A stretch of DNA of 64,000 bases from Porphyridium purpureum (Eukaryota): positions 1,054,001 to 1,118,000 of the forward strand of contig VRMN01000001.1 in NCBI GenBank assembly GCA_008690995.1, given 5' to 3'. Under the pieces are notes generated by a model that searched no databases, had not been told where the DNA came from, and saw only the letters and a list, made by a program, of their open reading frames with translations. The position numbers were made by a program, and so were the translations under genes. The stretch's first letter is position 1. The number at the start of each line of letters is the position of its first letter. Below are positions 42,745 through 53,334 of the stretch, piece after piece.

Positions 42745-43692
42745 TTAGTAGGCGGCGAACGATTTCACCACGTTTTCGGTCTTGCAACCGAGCGCCTCAA
42801 ACTGCGGGACAATGCGATTAAAGTATTCAGACTTCATGTGATGTTCGGTAAGCGCCGTATCATTGATGTACTGCTCGTGCACATAAAACAGTCTCGGATT
42901 CTCTGCGTCGCGGGCGAATGAGTACGTGATGCAACCAACTTCACGCAAGGTCCAAACTGTGAGTTCCTTGATGAGAGGCAAAAACTTCTCCTCCGCCTCT
43001 TCTGGGACCTGAATCGTAACGTGCAGGAAGCAACGCGGCCCGGGCGTTTTCATCAGCTGCTTCTCGGTGTCCGCTGATGGCGACAGTTTCTCCGCGAGCA
43101 TCGGGTCCGGCTTGTTCTCGGCAGGCGTCTTGCGCGAGTCGAAAGCCGACGGTTTCGACCGAAGCAGGGGGTGCATGCTGCTATCACCATCTACGAACAC
43201 CGCCACCCATTCGGCTAGGCGCATCCCTGTGCGGCGGCACACGGCGCGATCGTAGTCGTTGCGCGGCTTCTTTACCACCCACCCTCCGTAATGCGCGGAG
43301 TGCAGGCGGTCCACATAATCTGTCACACCTGTGGTGAGCCACCCAAAATTCTGCAGAACAATTTGCATGCTCATGCACGCCAGCTCCGCGCCACCGCCCG
43401 CGGATCCGACGGACGAAAACACCATGCCAAACTTGCCGTCACATCGGTCCCAATTCTCGGCCGCAAAGTCGTCCCAGAACTTCTTCATTTTCCAGCTGAC
43501 CCCGCCCAGGTTTGTGGGCGTCCCCACTGCAAGTCCATCAGCCCAGAGCACTGCCTCCACTGCGTCCGGATCCTCCACCGACAGCAGCCTCACTGACGTG
43601 CCAGGCACGGACTTGGCCCCTTCCGCCACATACTCGGCCATCTGGCCCGTGCATGCCGTCAGCGTATCATACAACACCAGAATCTTTCCCAT
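42745..43692 (-). CDS. WrbA-like flavodoxin/NAD(P)H:quinone oxidoreductase fused to an ABM (YgiN/LsrG-like) domain
   Basis: KILVLYDTLTACTGQMAEYVAEGA, ADGLAVGTPTNLG, DGKFGMVFSS.GSAGGGAE; Pro/Ala/Lys linker; C-terminal REVGCITYSF..RDAENPRLFYVHEQY...HMKSEYF. ATG at 43692. Confidence 0.88.
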   Translation of the reverse strand: MGKILVLYDTLTACTGQMAEYVAEGAKSVPGTSVRLLSVEDPDAVEAVLWADGLAVGTPTNLGGVSWKMKKFWDDFAAENWDRCDGKFGMVFSSVGSAGGGAELACMSMQIVLQNFGWLTTGVTDYVDRLHSAHYGGWVVKKPRNDYDRAVCRRTGMRLAEWVAVFVDGDSSMHPLLRSKPSAFDSRKTPAENKPDPMLAEKLSPSADTEKQLMKTPGPRCFLHVTIQVPEEAEEKFLPLIKELTVWTLREVGCITYSFARDAENPRLFYVHEQYINDTALTEHHMKSEYFNRIVPQFEALGCKTENVVKSFAAY

Positions 43693-45196
43693 CCTGAAGT
43701 GGCGCACTGTCTCACAATCTCTCCCTCTTCCTCTTTCGAACCTTTTTGCACAGTTGAGAATGCCTGAGCCACCTCTCGCTTCCGCCGCTCAGCATCGCTG
43801 CATCCCCCGCAGTTTAAATGCTGTGGCCGCGCGCGTCCCTCCCGTGTCCGGAACCACAAAAAAGCCAAACAAAGCCAAAGCGCCCACGTGGAAGGGTACT
43901 GCTGATCCAATGCAAGGGTGTACAGTATCATTAAAAAAGTGAATTTAATAAGGCGACCAAGATTAAAAACAATGGGGTACATGTCCACTGTACACGACAT
44001 CTTTCGCGAACGGCAGAGTTTTCGAATTTTCAAAAATTTGCGTGGTCGGCACACCGCAGCTCGATGAATGGCATGGCGGACGCAGTAGACGGACCACCTT
44101 ACAAGTCTTACGCGGTGCACGAGTCTGGTTTTTTGAAAAACCAATAAACCATGCGGACGATTGCGTGTTGGGCTTAGTGGTTTGCGCCTCGCAACGCGGA
44201 GGGTAGACGCGCTCACGTACTTGCTGCGTTGACTCCGCTCAAAAGTTGTAACGACGACCGCTGCACTGTATACCATTGAGCCAGTGTCCCACCAGATCAA
44301 TTTCAAATCTGGAGGGACGGACCGACATCTGCTGCCCTTTTTTCTTGGTTGGTTCTTGTTTTCAAACTTTAGGCGCAGCGCTGGACCAGACGTGCCGCGT
44401 GCACTGAAGAGAAGGAGAAGGGTGTGGGATCGAGGGACAAGTGGGAGCTGGGACGCCTGGCACGGGCCCCCCGCATAGCCAAGCGCCAGGCTCTGGATTG
44501 GTCGTGCATCAGGTTCAGAACTACGCCTGCCCCGGAGAGCGCACGCGGTGAGGCTGCGAACTCATCGCATCTCAGGAACGTGCATAACAGGCTACACTGC
44601 AACGCACTGTGCGCCTCGCCTCATTCTTCCTTCCTTTTTGTCCTTGCTTTTTTCCCTTTGACAAAAGGGAAAATCCGAAACGACAAACACGGAGCGTGGC
44701 GCATGCAGCACGTGCATCAAAACACGAGGCATTGCCACAAGCATAAACACTGCGCAGTGCAGACGTGCACACGCGGATCAGTCAACCAAAAGGGGGCCGC
44801 CGCGAGTGCTTTGCTACAACGACCAGGTCGTTTTGCTACTGGCGCGATATATTTTTGGACGGTGGCACACACGACGGACGGTTTCACGCGTTGAGTGGCA
44901 ACCTTCGCAGCAAGTGGGCATTTAAAGTCGGCACGCTGAGTGAAAAGTTTTTTTTGCTGCTGCAAACCGAGCCGGCGCAACAGCAAGGAGCAAGGGAGAA
45001 ACAGCCACGCGCGCAGGCTGTGGCCGAAGGCGGATGCATGCACAGCGCTGGGCTGACGGACTGGATTCAAAGTGTCGGTGCATGAGTGCTGGGCACAGGA
45101 CCAAACAAGCCGTGACGCAGCCACACTTGTCGCTCGTGTCGTTGCGCGGACGGAGGTGCACGCAGCCCGACAAACCAGGGAGTCGGACTGTATTCG

Positions 45197-48100
45197 ATGA
45201 GTCAGAATTCACACGCACCGACCGCGACAGGCCGGGAAGTGCATGGTCGTGCATCGGCATTGAAGATCGATTTACCCGCGGAGAATCGCAGTTGCGCTGA
45301 CTCGTTGTCACTGAGCGTCGGGGACCAGGAGTGCGAGCGCACGCCGGTGGCGCCGCTCTCAGCGGCACAAAGAGAAGCACTGCCAAGCGCTGCGGCGAAT
45401 CAGAATGCCAGCTCTGATCGTGAGAGTGAAGCAAAATTGGAGTCAGACGAGTCTGACGATGAGGATCCATTTGTTCAAAGCCGCGGGTTAGTTACACAGA
45501 GGGACTTGGACCTGCAGGCGGCACTCGTGAAAGCAGTAAGTGCAGAAGTCCGGAAACGAGTGCAAGATCTAAAGCGGCCAGTGACCCGCAAATCATCCAA
45601 AGGTGGGTGGACAGATGAAGAAGACGAAATGCTGAGGTTGGCGGTGGTGGCAAATGATTCCAAGAATTGGCGCAAAATTTCAGACTTCATGCCGGGGCGG
45701 AACGAAACGCAGTGTTTGCACCGCTGGCAGAAAGTTCTGAACCCAGAGCTGGTAAAGGGAACATGGTCTGTGGAGGAGGATGACAAGCTCAGAATGCTTG
45801 TGGGGCAGTACGGCTGTTCTAAATGGTCCGTTATTGCCAAGTATTTGCCTGGTCGCATCGGAAAGCAGTGCCGCGAGCGCTGGGTGAACCATGTCGATCC
45901 AAATGTTTTGAAGCAAGCGTGGACCGAGACCGAGGAGAATATTCTGCTGTCAGCCCAAAAGTGGCTGGGGAACAAATGGGCAGCCATTGCTAAATTTTTG
46001 CCCGGCAGAACCGACAACACGGTCAAAAATCACTTCAACTCGGCGCGCAGACGATACCAAACAAAGATTCGAAGCTGGCAGCGTAAAGTCGAGAAGGAAA
46101 GAAAACGAGTTGAAGGACTTACCGCAAACATGTCAGGAGGGCAAGGACAAATTGGAAGAGTCACCGCGGGTGGTGCTCAGCAGCATCCGGCATTGACCCT
46201 TAATCTCCCGCAGTTCCCTGCCCGAGACCCAACAAAATGTGAAAGGGATCTTGTGACAGAAGAAGAGGCGGAGGCGGCTCGGACGGCGATCGATCACGCG
46301 AGTCCACATAATGAAACCATCTTCCAGGCCATGATGGAAAAGCGCCGCAAATCGGATCCAACCTGGCCCGGTCCATTCCCGGGATCAAAGGCTGCCAGCA
46401 ACATTAGTGCCGCGGCTCCAGTGAACTCTTCGAACGGGCAAGGGAACGTTCATAATGCAAGCCTCCAAAGAGTAGCACAAGATGACACGATTTCTTCTGC
46501 ACCGGCTTTAGGCGCAATCCGCACTGCCACAGTCGACCGCAAGAACAAAGGTAAGAGTAAGAAGGTGGTCCGAGATGCAGCTCCCTTGCAAGAACCAGTG
46601 AAAGGCCACCTAGAGCATCACTTTGCGGCTTCGCAAGCAGGATTTTCATCTCCCTCGGAGCCGTCGCCCGCACACTTTCCGTATGGAAAGAGCCTCTCTG
46701 CAAATGGCTTGAAAGGTGCATCCATACAAAATCTTCATGGTAATTTCCCGCCATGGGTTCCCCAGGGACGGGAAGAGCAACGGCGACATGCATCCCTCGG
46801 TTCCGGCGCTGTTCTGGGCACCATCCCGGGAACTGTCAAGCAGAAGACCCTTGGAGTGGATCCGGCAACTGCGCAAGTCGCCGTGTTGTTTCATGCGCAA
46901 GGTGAAAACCTACCCGCAGATATGCCTGCTGACAAAGCGCATGAATTGTGGACAAGTGCTCTCCAAGCGCACCACGAACGATCAGAAGCCATACTGGGGC
47001 ACCCACTATGGGCTTTTCAACAGCGCGCGCAAGACACTGAGCTTGCTGGTACTTCGCCGAGGCCGTGTCGTTCACAGGTATCGAAGGGCACGGCCCTGGT
47101 TCCCGTACAGGCGAAGAGCAATATGACCAAAACGGTGCCCAAGAAAGGGTCGCTGAAGACAAACGGGCGTAAGAGGGCAAAAGGACAACAGGATGGTACT
47201 ATGCAGGAGCTGCATCTCAACTTGCCACCGCCACACCAGCAGCAACTGGTTAACCCGGCGTACTTCGTAAATCAAGCCGACGGATTAGGAGACTACTCCT
47301 ACGTTTACGCGGGTCACGTCGTGACTCCGAGTTTTCAGGGCTTACCAGTCATGCAAACGTATGCAGACGCGCCATCGTCAGCTACCATGGATCTGTCGTT
47401 TACCCAGCCAGATGTACAGCCAGGACAGGATTCGGAGACCATGATAGACCCTACCAATGCTCGCAAAAACAAGCGAACAGCTTCGAGCGGTACGAACACC
47501 GACCCTGCGGCAGAAAGGCCGAAACCTAAGCGCATCAGGAAGGCTAAAGCGGGGCCCAATGCTCACGGCAAGGGACGGAAGAGCAAGGCCGCTGTGCAAA
47601 AGGATCTTGAGGAAGCAGTGAAATCCTCTGATCGTGCACATGTAGAGATGCCGAGAGCTGAACTAGGAGAGCCAAGTGCGTGTTTCTCGGATATTCATCG
47701 TGACGCCGGCCATGGACAGGCGGCATTCACGGATTTTGTACCACGCTCGTTTTCGACGCCAAGGAAATTCCGGGAAGCTCTTGCGGCGCACGGTGCTGGG
47801 GAGGAAACGTATCAGGTGGAACAGACGCCAATGCAAGGAGCCCGAACTCCTATGAATGATCCGCTGTCAGCGCTTTTGTCACCAGCGGTGCCCAACATGT
47901 ACAGTGGTGCGACACCGGCTCAGAATAGTATGTCGCCAAGCATGTACCTTCGGTTTGGAAATTCGCCAACGCCTGCGAATGGAAAGTTCAGCACACCTAT
48001 ATCTGGAATGCGTAGGAACGGGCTTCCCATGGAAACACCAATGCAGCTATTTGCAAGTCCAAGTACGCATGGCGAGTTGGAGGCTTACTTTGCGTCCGTC

Positions 48101-48763
48101 GGTCTAGGCAAGGAACCTTCGTCCATTTTGAGACACGTGAAAACACCATCGTTTGATATGCTTGGCCTAGGGGCACCGTCAAGTTTAGAAAGAAGCACGT
48201 CTGAGATTGCGCGGCTCTATGAAGCCGCAAAGACGCCGATGCGACTGCTGGATTTCTCGTCGTCTCCGCTTCAGCCAGAGAAAGGTTCGGCTTCGGCTAT
48301 CCGCGGTGCAGAATCTCGAAAAACTGCTACAATTACGAAGTCGAAGCCGCCAGCCCGCGCTCCAGGGAACGGGCATGCCTGTGCCCACGGCGAGACTTCA
48401 AAAGTCGATGACGGCGCTCAGCAGCGCCATCATTTTTCGTACGAAACACCACTGGCCCAGAGATTATTCTCGGACAAGCCGGACGGATTCGGAATGTCAA
48501 AGTGCACAACTGCAGGCGAGAGTGGCCAGGAAGGAGGCGGAAGCACCGGACCGCTTGGCACGCGCCGTCAAGGCTCCCCTGAATTTCTTCCATTCTTTGA
48601 TATGGATGAGCCTAAACTTGGGGAATCTCCGGCTGGAGCAAGCATCCTGAGAAAAGCGCGGGGCAGGCGTTTAGAATGGACATCCCCGAAAGACAAGTCT
48701 GGGAAAGAAGACGAAGTCGAGAATGTATCGCTAAGCAAAGACATAGCTCGACAAATACTTTAA
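45197..48763 (+). CDS. R1R2R3 (3R) MYB transcription factor
   Basis: Three MYB repeats ([60 protein letters not shown]); S/TP-rich C-terminus. Confidence 0.95.
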   Translation: MSQNSHAPTATGREVHGRASALKIDLPAENRSCADSLSLSVGDQECERTPVAPLSAAQREALPSAAANQNASSDRESEAKLESDESDDEDPFVQSRGLVTQRDLDLQAALVKAVSAEVRKRVQDLKRPVTRKSSKGGWTDEEDEMLRLAVVANDSKNWRKISDFMPGRNETQCLHRWQKVLNPELVKGTWSVEEDDKLRMLVGQYGCSKWSVIAKYLPGRIGKQCRERWVNHVDPNVLKQAWTETEENILLSAQKWLGNKWAAIAKFLPGRTDNTVKNHFNSARRRYQTKIRSWQRKVEKERKRVEGLTANMSGGQGQIGRVTAGGAQQHPALTLNLPQFPARDPTKCERDLVTEEEAEAARTAIDHASPHNETIFQAMMEKRRKSDPTWPGPFPGSKAASNISAAAPVNSSNGQGNVHNASLQRVAQDDTISSAPALGAIRTATVDRKNKGKSKKVVRDAAPLQEPVKGHLEHHFAASQAGFSSPSEPSPAHFPYGKSLSANGLKGASIQNLHGNFPPWVPQGREEQRRHASLGSGAVLGTIPGTVKQKTLGVDPATAQVAVLFHAQGENLPADMPADKAHELWTSALQAHHERSEAILGHPLWAFQQRAQDTELAGTSPRPCRSQVSKGTALVPVQAKSNMTKTVPKKGSLKTNGRKRAKGQQDGTMQELHLNLPPPHQQQLVNPAYFVNQADGLGDYSYVYAGHVVTPSFQGLPVMQTYADAPSSATMDLSFTQPDVQPGQDSETMIDPTNARKNKRTASSGTNTDPAAERPKPKRIRKAKAGPNAHGKGRKSKAAVQKDLEEAVKSSDRAHVEMPRAELGEPSACFSDIHRDAGHGQAAFTDFVPRSFSTPRKFREALAAHGAGEETYQVEQTPMQGARTPMNDPLSALLSPAVPNMYSGATPAQNSMSPSMYLRFGNSPTPANGKFSTPISGMRRNGLPMETPMQLFASPSTHGELEAYFASVGLGKEPSSILRHVKTPSFDMLGLGAPSSLERSTSEIARLYEAAKTPMRLLDFSSSPLQPEKGSASAIRGAESRKTATITKSKPPARAPGNGHACAHGETSKVDDGAQQRHHFSYETPLAQRLFSDKPDGFGMSKCTTAGESGQEGGGSTGPLGTRRQGSPEFLPFFDMDEPKLGESPAGASILRKARGRRLEWTSPKDKSGKEDEVENVSLSKDIARQIL

Positions 48764-49391
48764 AGTAGCGAGATGCGCTTGCATTGAATCCGCTTGAAGG
48801 ATGGGGCAGTGGACGGCCGGAGTATCGAGATGTCTTCAAAAGAACGAATCAAGGTCCTACCTGCATCTAGAACACCCGATGTTCATCATGCTGAAGTATA
48901 ACCCGGTGAGAGGCGCATGAGGGTCCAAAGATGACTTTATTTGGTCTCTCGAAGGAATGGCTTCGACTGAAGACCAGCGCTTTGACGAAAGAGGAGTCTA
49001 GAGGCCAACAGAGGACCGACCGGAAGGAGCTGGCAAAGGAAGTCTGCTCCGGCGCTTGAGGTGGGTAGGGTAAAAGTAAGAATGGCGCAGAAGAATGTAA
49101 ATCGAGGAAACTGCTGACCAATTATTGGTTTATCCGACCCTGTCTCCTTCCATGTAGAAAAAAGTCATTTTACAGGGCTCTATTTGCGCGATTCATTCAT
49201 TCATGCAGCCATCAAAAGCGCACGTGTCTCGAAATACCGGGAAGATTAATAGCACCATACACATCATGCTTGTCATCGGATCACATGGCCGACCGCATCC
49301 TTGCGCCATGGTGTACGAGCGTCGACATCCGATTGTGTCCGGTCGCAGACGTTATGCTGTCCCAATCCACGTCTCGGACGCATCGAAGCGC

Positions 49392-49838
49392 TCAGCTGAG
49401 CATTTGGACAAACTCTTCATAGTCAATTTCGCCGTCCCCATTCAAATCCGCCTCCTTGATCATTTGATGAATTTCCTCGTCCGAAAGCTTCTCGCCGAGC
49501 GACGTCATAATCTGCTTGAGTTCGTCTGCGGAAATTTTGCCGTTACCATCGCGATCAAACACGCGAAACGCATCCTTAATCTCCGACTCGCGGTCTGCGT
49601 TGTTCATCTTGCGGGCCATGAGCGTCACAAACTCGGCAAAGTCAATACTTCCGTTTCCGTCCGCGTCAATTTCGTTGATCATATCACAGAGTTCCTTTTC
49701 TGTCGGATTGCTGCCGAGCGACCTCATGACCACCCCCAGCTCTGCCGACGTCACCTTCCCATCCCCATCGCGGTCGAACAGCGAAAACGCCTCGCGAAAC
49801 TCCTTGATAGTCTCCTCCGTCAAGTCCCCTCGCGGCAT
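49392..49838 (-). CDS. Calmodulin or calmodulin-like protein (4 EF-hands)
   Basis: Loops [48 protein letters not shown]; 148 aa. Confidence 0.95.
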   Translation of the reverse strand: MPRGDLTEETIKEFREAFSLFDRDGDGKVTSAELGVVMRSLGSNPTEKELCDMINEIDADGNGSIDFAEFVTLMARKMNNADRESEIKDAFRVFDRDGNGKISADELKQIMTSLGEKLSDEEIHQMIKEADLNGDGEIDYEEFVQMLS

Positions 49839-50498
49839 GGTGTCTCCTTGTCAGCGTTCGCTTCTACCGGGGCCGTGCACTTTCCTCCTCCTCCTCCCCC
49901 CCCTTTCTGCTCCCCGCCCCAGACACCCCGTGCCGCCCCGTTCCTCGTGCGTTCCCCTTCCCGCGTCTCGCTCTCCCCCCCTTGCTCCCCTGACGAAGGG
50001 CTCGAGGACATACACTCACACTCGACCCACCGCAATCCAACAGCCCAAGCGACTCCCCTCGAAACGCTATGCGGTTCCACAGATTGTAATTCACACGAAC
50101 TGCGGCTGCGTCAAGACCACGGTGCCGACTTCTAAAACGAGCGCGTTCTACTAGGCTTTTCGCGCAGTTTCGCGTGAAACGGTCGAGTGGCTTGCGCAGT
50201 TCATCAGGTCATTGCGTGTCAAGCTATCCAAAATAGATGTTAAAAAAGAGATTTAAAAAATACGTGCTGCGCGAGTTGAGTGGGTTGCGTGGTGGTGTGG
50301 AGATGATTTGCCAAAGGCTCGCGAAGAGATGGCCATGGGTATCGTGTGGCATGGCAGACCGACTCGAGTCGTGCCCGCGGCACGTTGATAATGAAACAGC
50401 AGCTGGCGTCCGCCCGATTAGATAAATCAGCGATCTTTAGTTCGGCGACTGCTAAAGGGGCGTGGTGCGCTTAGTGTACAACAAGCGAGGCGAAAAGT

Positions 50499-51758
50499 TT
50501 ACGCATGTTTGCCATTTGCCACGGCAGCTTTCCGGTCCGAGTCCGCCCCTTGCTTGATACGGAAGCAATAGATGTCGAGGTAGTTGCAAATCTGTCGTGT
50601 CATGCAGTACACGCGCCGTACATTGAAGACCAACTCAACCACGCCGCCGATGATCAGCAGCGGGAGCTCGTGCAGATGAAGCGCGGATGAGCGATAGTGG
50701 CCCAGCAACGCGTTCACGGCCCCCACGCCCAGCGGCGTGAGCATGGGAATAAACCACGGGTACTGCGAGTTCGTCAAATGGCTGATGATCATGCGCGACA
50801 CAATATAAAAAAACGCCAGGCCCACCACGGCAAAGAATCCCACAGGGTACTTGAGCATCACCGTCGGAGAAAAGTAGCCCCACATGTATGCGTACAGAGT
50901 GAAAAAGACAAGCGGCACCGATGCCTTGCACACGGCGAAAAGGGAGGGCGCCGCTTTCATTGCTGTGCGATAGTTCATGAAGGCTGTGGGTAACGCCAGT
51001 GGAATCGCACTGAACACAAATACGCGACCCAGCGGAAATTCGAAGCCCAGAGCTTTCAGGGGGGTACGCCATATGCTTGGCCCCACGACTGCGGTGAGGA
51101 GATGGAGGCCCTGCATGACCAAAAGTCCCTCATTGGGGCCATTGATCTCCCGGAGTGTCAGTGACGATGTAAAAAACTCCTCGAGCGTCGCCGTGTAGAA
51201 CACAAAGTATCCCATCCAAAACACCAGCGAAAATGACCAAAGCGAGTTGCCGAGCTGCAGCGTATTCGCAACGTTCATGCCTGTAATTGTGACGTTCAGG
51301 GCATCGCAGCCGTGATCGAACAAGTGACCCAAAGGAGACGACGAGCCCGTTCGCCGCGCCTGCTTTCCGTCCAAGTTGTCCATGGTCTGGTAGAATGAGA
51401 GGCCTACCGCGCTCAGCACATACACCCACCATGGCTGGTCAGTCTGGAGGTCCGGAGAGAAGTAGACGGCGAGAAGCGCCGAGCTGAGCACCGCGCACAG
51501 TCCAAGCAGCGTGACCACATTCGGCGCCAGCCACAGCGGAAGCTTGTGCACAAGACGGTGGTAGCACGGGTTCAAAATGTAGCGATACGCCAGCGAGTAG
51601 TCTGCGCCAGAGTTTTTGTAGTTACACAGTGCGCGGATCTCTGGCTCGGAGAAGTAATTCTTGTACCATATCTGATCCTCGAGAGGCGGTAGTTTTGGAA
51701 GCACAATACCTGCATCCTTGAGCTTGTCTTTGAACACCTGGCTTGGAGTCTTCCTCAT
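50499..51758 (-). CDS. Choline/ethanolamine phosphotransferase (AAPT/CEPT1-like)
   Basis: CDP-alcohol motif DNLDGKQARRTGSSSPLGHLFDHGCD; LPLWLAPNVVT; multiple TM segments. First ATG at 51758. Confidence 0.95.
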   Translation of the reverse strand: MRKTPSQVFKDKLKDAGIVLPKLPPLEDQIWYKNYFSEPEIRALCNYKNSGADYSLAYRYILNPCYHRLVHKLPLWLAPNVVTLLGLCAVLSSALLAVYFSPDLQTDQPWWVYVLSAVGLSFYQTMDNLDGKQARRTGSSSPLGHLFDHGCDALNVTITGMNVANTLQLGNSLWSFSLVFWMGYFVFYTATLEEFFTSSLTLREINGPNEGLLVMQGLHLLTAVVGPSIWRTPLKALGFEFPLGRVFVFSAIPLALPTAFMNYRTAMKAAPSLFAVCKASVPLVFFTLYAYMWGYFSPTVMLKYPVGFFAVVGLAFFYIVSRMIISHLTNSQYPWFIPMLTPLGVGAVNALLGHYRSSALHLHELPLLIIGGVVELVFNVRRVYCMTRQICNYLDIYCFRIKQGADSDRKAAVANGKHA

Positions 51759-52359
51759 GGTTAGCACACAACCGACCCTCTCCGCGATTCTTAAACCGAT
51801 CCCAAATGACGAACAGAACCGACGCTGCGTTCACGCGATCACCATCCGAACCTTGTTCGAAGCGCTCAAACCCGGAGACAGACGTGCGCGCCTGACGCAT
51901 GCACGTTGTTCTAACCTTGCGGGGCGCAGACGCTGTGGAGCGCGGGCGTACCAAGGCGCATGCTCCGCGCGTTCGTTCTCCGTGGGACTCTCCAATTCGA
52001 CCCGAACGTGTGGCAAACCAGAAAAACTCGCTCGAGCTGAACTGGGCGCTCATGTCGAGTGGATCACTGCAGCAGCAGCTCGCGCGCGCTGTACACAAGC
52101 TCACAAAATGAGCAAGCGGTCTGATTTTACTATGAAACGTCACAACACCGTCGCGCGGCGTGCGGCAGTACTGTGCCCGTTTTAAGGATGGCACTGCAAT
52201 GCTGCACTGCTAACCACGTTCACAAATGATAAAGTACAGTGCTGCTGTACTTTTATGGGTGGCGCAGCCCAACAACTTGTGACGAGGCAAACGGAGGCGG
52301 AGGCAGAGAAAAGATGAGGAAGGTTGTGTGCGCGAAGGGTGATTGATGTCGAGCTGACG

Positions 52360-53118
52360 ATGGGGAAGGCGGTGTCGCGGAAACAGGGCGTACGCACCTT
52401 GCTTGCGCTTGGTGTGTTGATAGCGGTGACCAGCTTGTCGTCCGTGCACGCGATTCGGTTCATGCTGGACCGAGGCACCGAGCGCTGCTTCACCGAGACG
52501 TTCTCGGATCACTCGACAGTGATGGGCGAGTACCTCGTCGCGACGGGTAAGGGCCACATGAGCGTGGACTTGGAGATTATGGATGACTCAGGTGGGGTCA
52601 TCTTCACCAAGAAGGACGTCGATCATGGCAAGTTTGAGTTCCAAACACATAGTCGTCGTGACGGGCGCGGCCACCGCGGGCACATGCGAGACCCGGACGA
52701 TAATCCCTACATGGACGACTTTTACTACTACGATGATGAGGAGCTGTGGGCCGCGCCAAAGTACCGTCTGTGCGTCAAGTCGCCTGAGGCAGAGGACGCT
52801 GATGACAAGGCCGCAAGTCGCCGCGTCTCGCTGAAGATCCTGACGGGATCAGTCGCCAAGGATTATGACTCGCTGGCCAAGGAGGAGCATCTCAGCGAGC
52901 TGGAGGTCACTCTGCGTGCCATGAATGATGAAGTATCTGATCTGGTCAAGGATCTGGAACATGTGCGCTCGCGCGAGGATTCACTCCGCGCGATCAATGA
53001 AAAAACCAGCAAGCTTGTGGTGACGTTCAGTGTCGTGTCGTGCTTGGTCATGTTGGTTGTGGGTGCGTACCAAGTGTTCTTCATGAAGAACTATCTCAAG
53101 GCACGGAAGCTGCTTTGA
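52360..53118 (+). CDS. p24/emp24 GOLD-domain cargo receptor (p24-delta/TMED10-like)
   Basis: Signal peptide, ERCFTE, AKDYDSLAKEEHLSELE coiled coil, TM segment, tail KNYLKARKLL. Confidence 0.93.
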   Translation: MGKAVSRKQGVRTLLALGVLIAVTSLSSVHAIRFMLDRGTERCFTETFSDHSTVMGEYLVATGKGHMSVDLEIMDDSGGVIFTKKDVDHGKFEFQTHSRRDGRGHRGHMRDPDDNPYMDDFYYYDDEELWAAPKYRLCVKSPEAEDADDKAASRRVSLKILTGSVAKDYDSLAKEEHLSELEVTLRAMNDEVSDLVKDLEHVRSREDSLRAINEKTSKLVVTFSVVSCLVMLVVGAYQVFFMKNYLKARKLL

Positions 53119-53239
53119 CGAGCCTCTCATGCTCGCCTGCTCAAGGTACGGGGGCCACATGAACGCACCCACCGCATGCACATACAGCTATCAAGAGAAG
53201 GACGACCTCTTCATATCTTTGTTCTCAAGGTATACTAGT

Positions 53240-53256
53240 AAAAAAAAAAAAAAAAA
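53240..53256. repeat. Poly-A tract (~17 nt) between convergent genes
   Basis: Read directly from the sequence. Confidence 0.85.
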
Positions 53257-53334
53257 GGACGAAGTTTGTCTAGATCTTCTTATGTGACGGTACTCAAGTC
53301 AGAAACATGGCTTAGGTAGGGAACGTGGCTGGGC

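Noticed and set aside
53240..53256. Poly-A tract as a retroposon tail
   Set aside because: No target-site duplication or element body; it lies in convergent 3'UTR space
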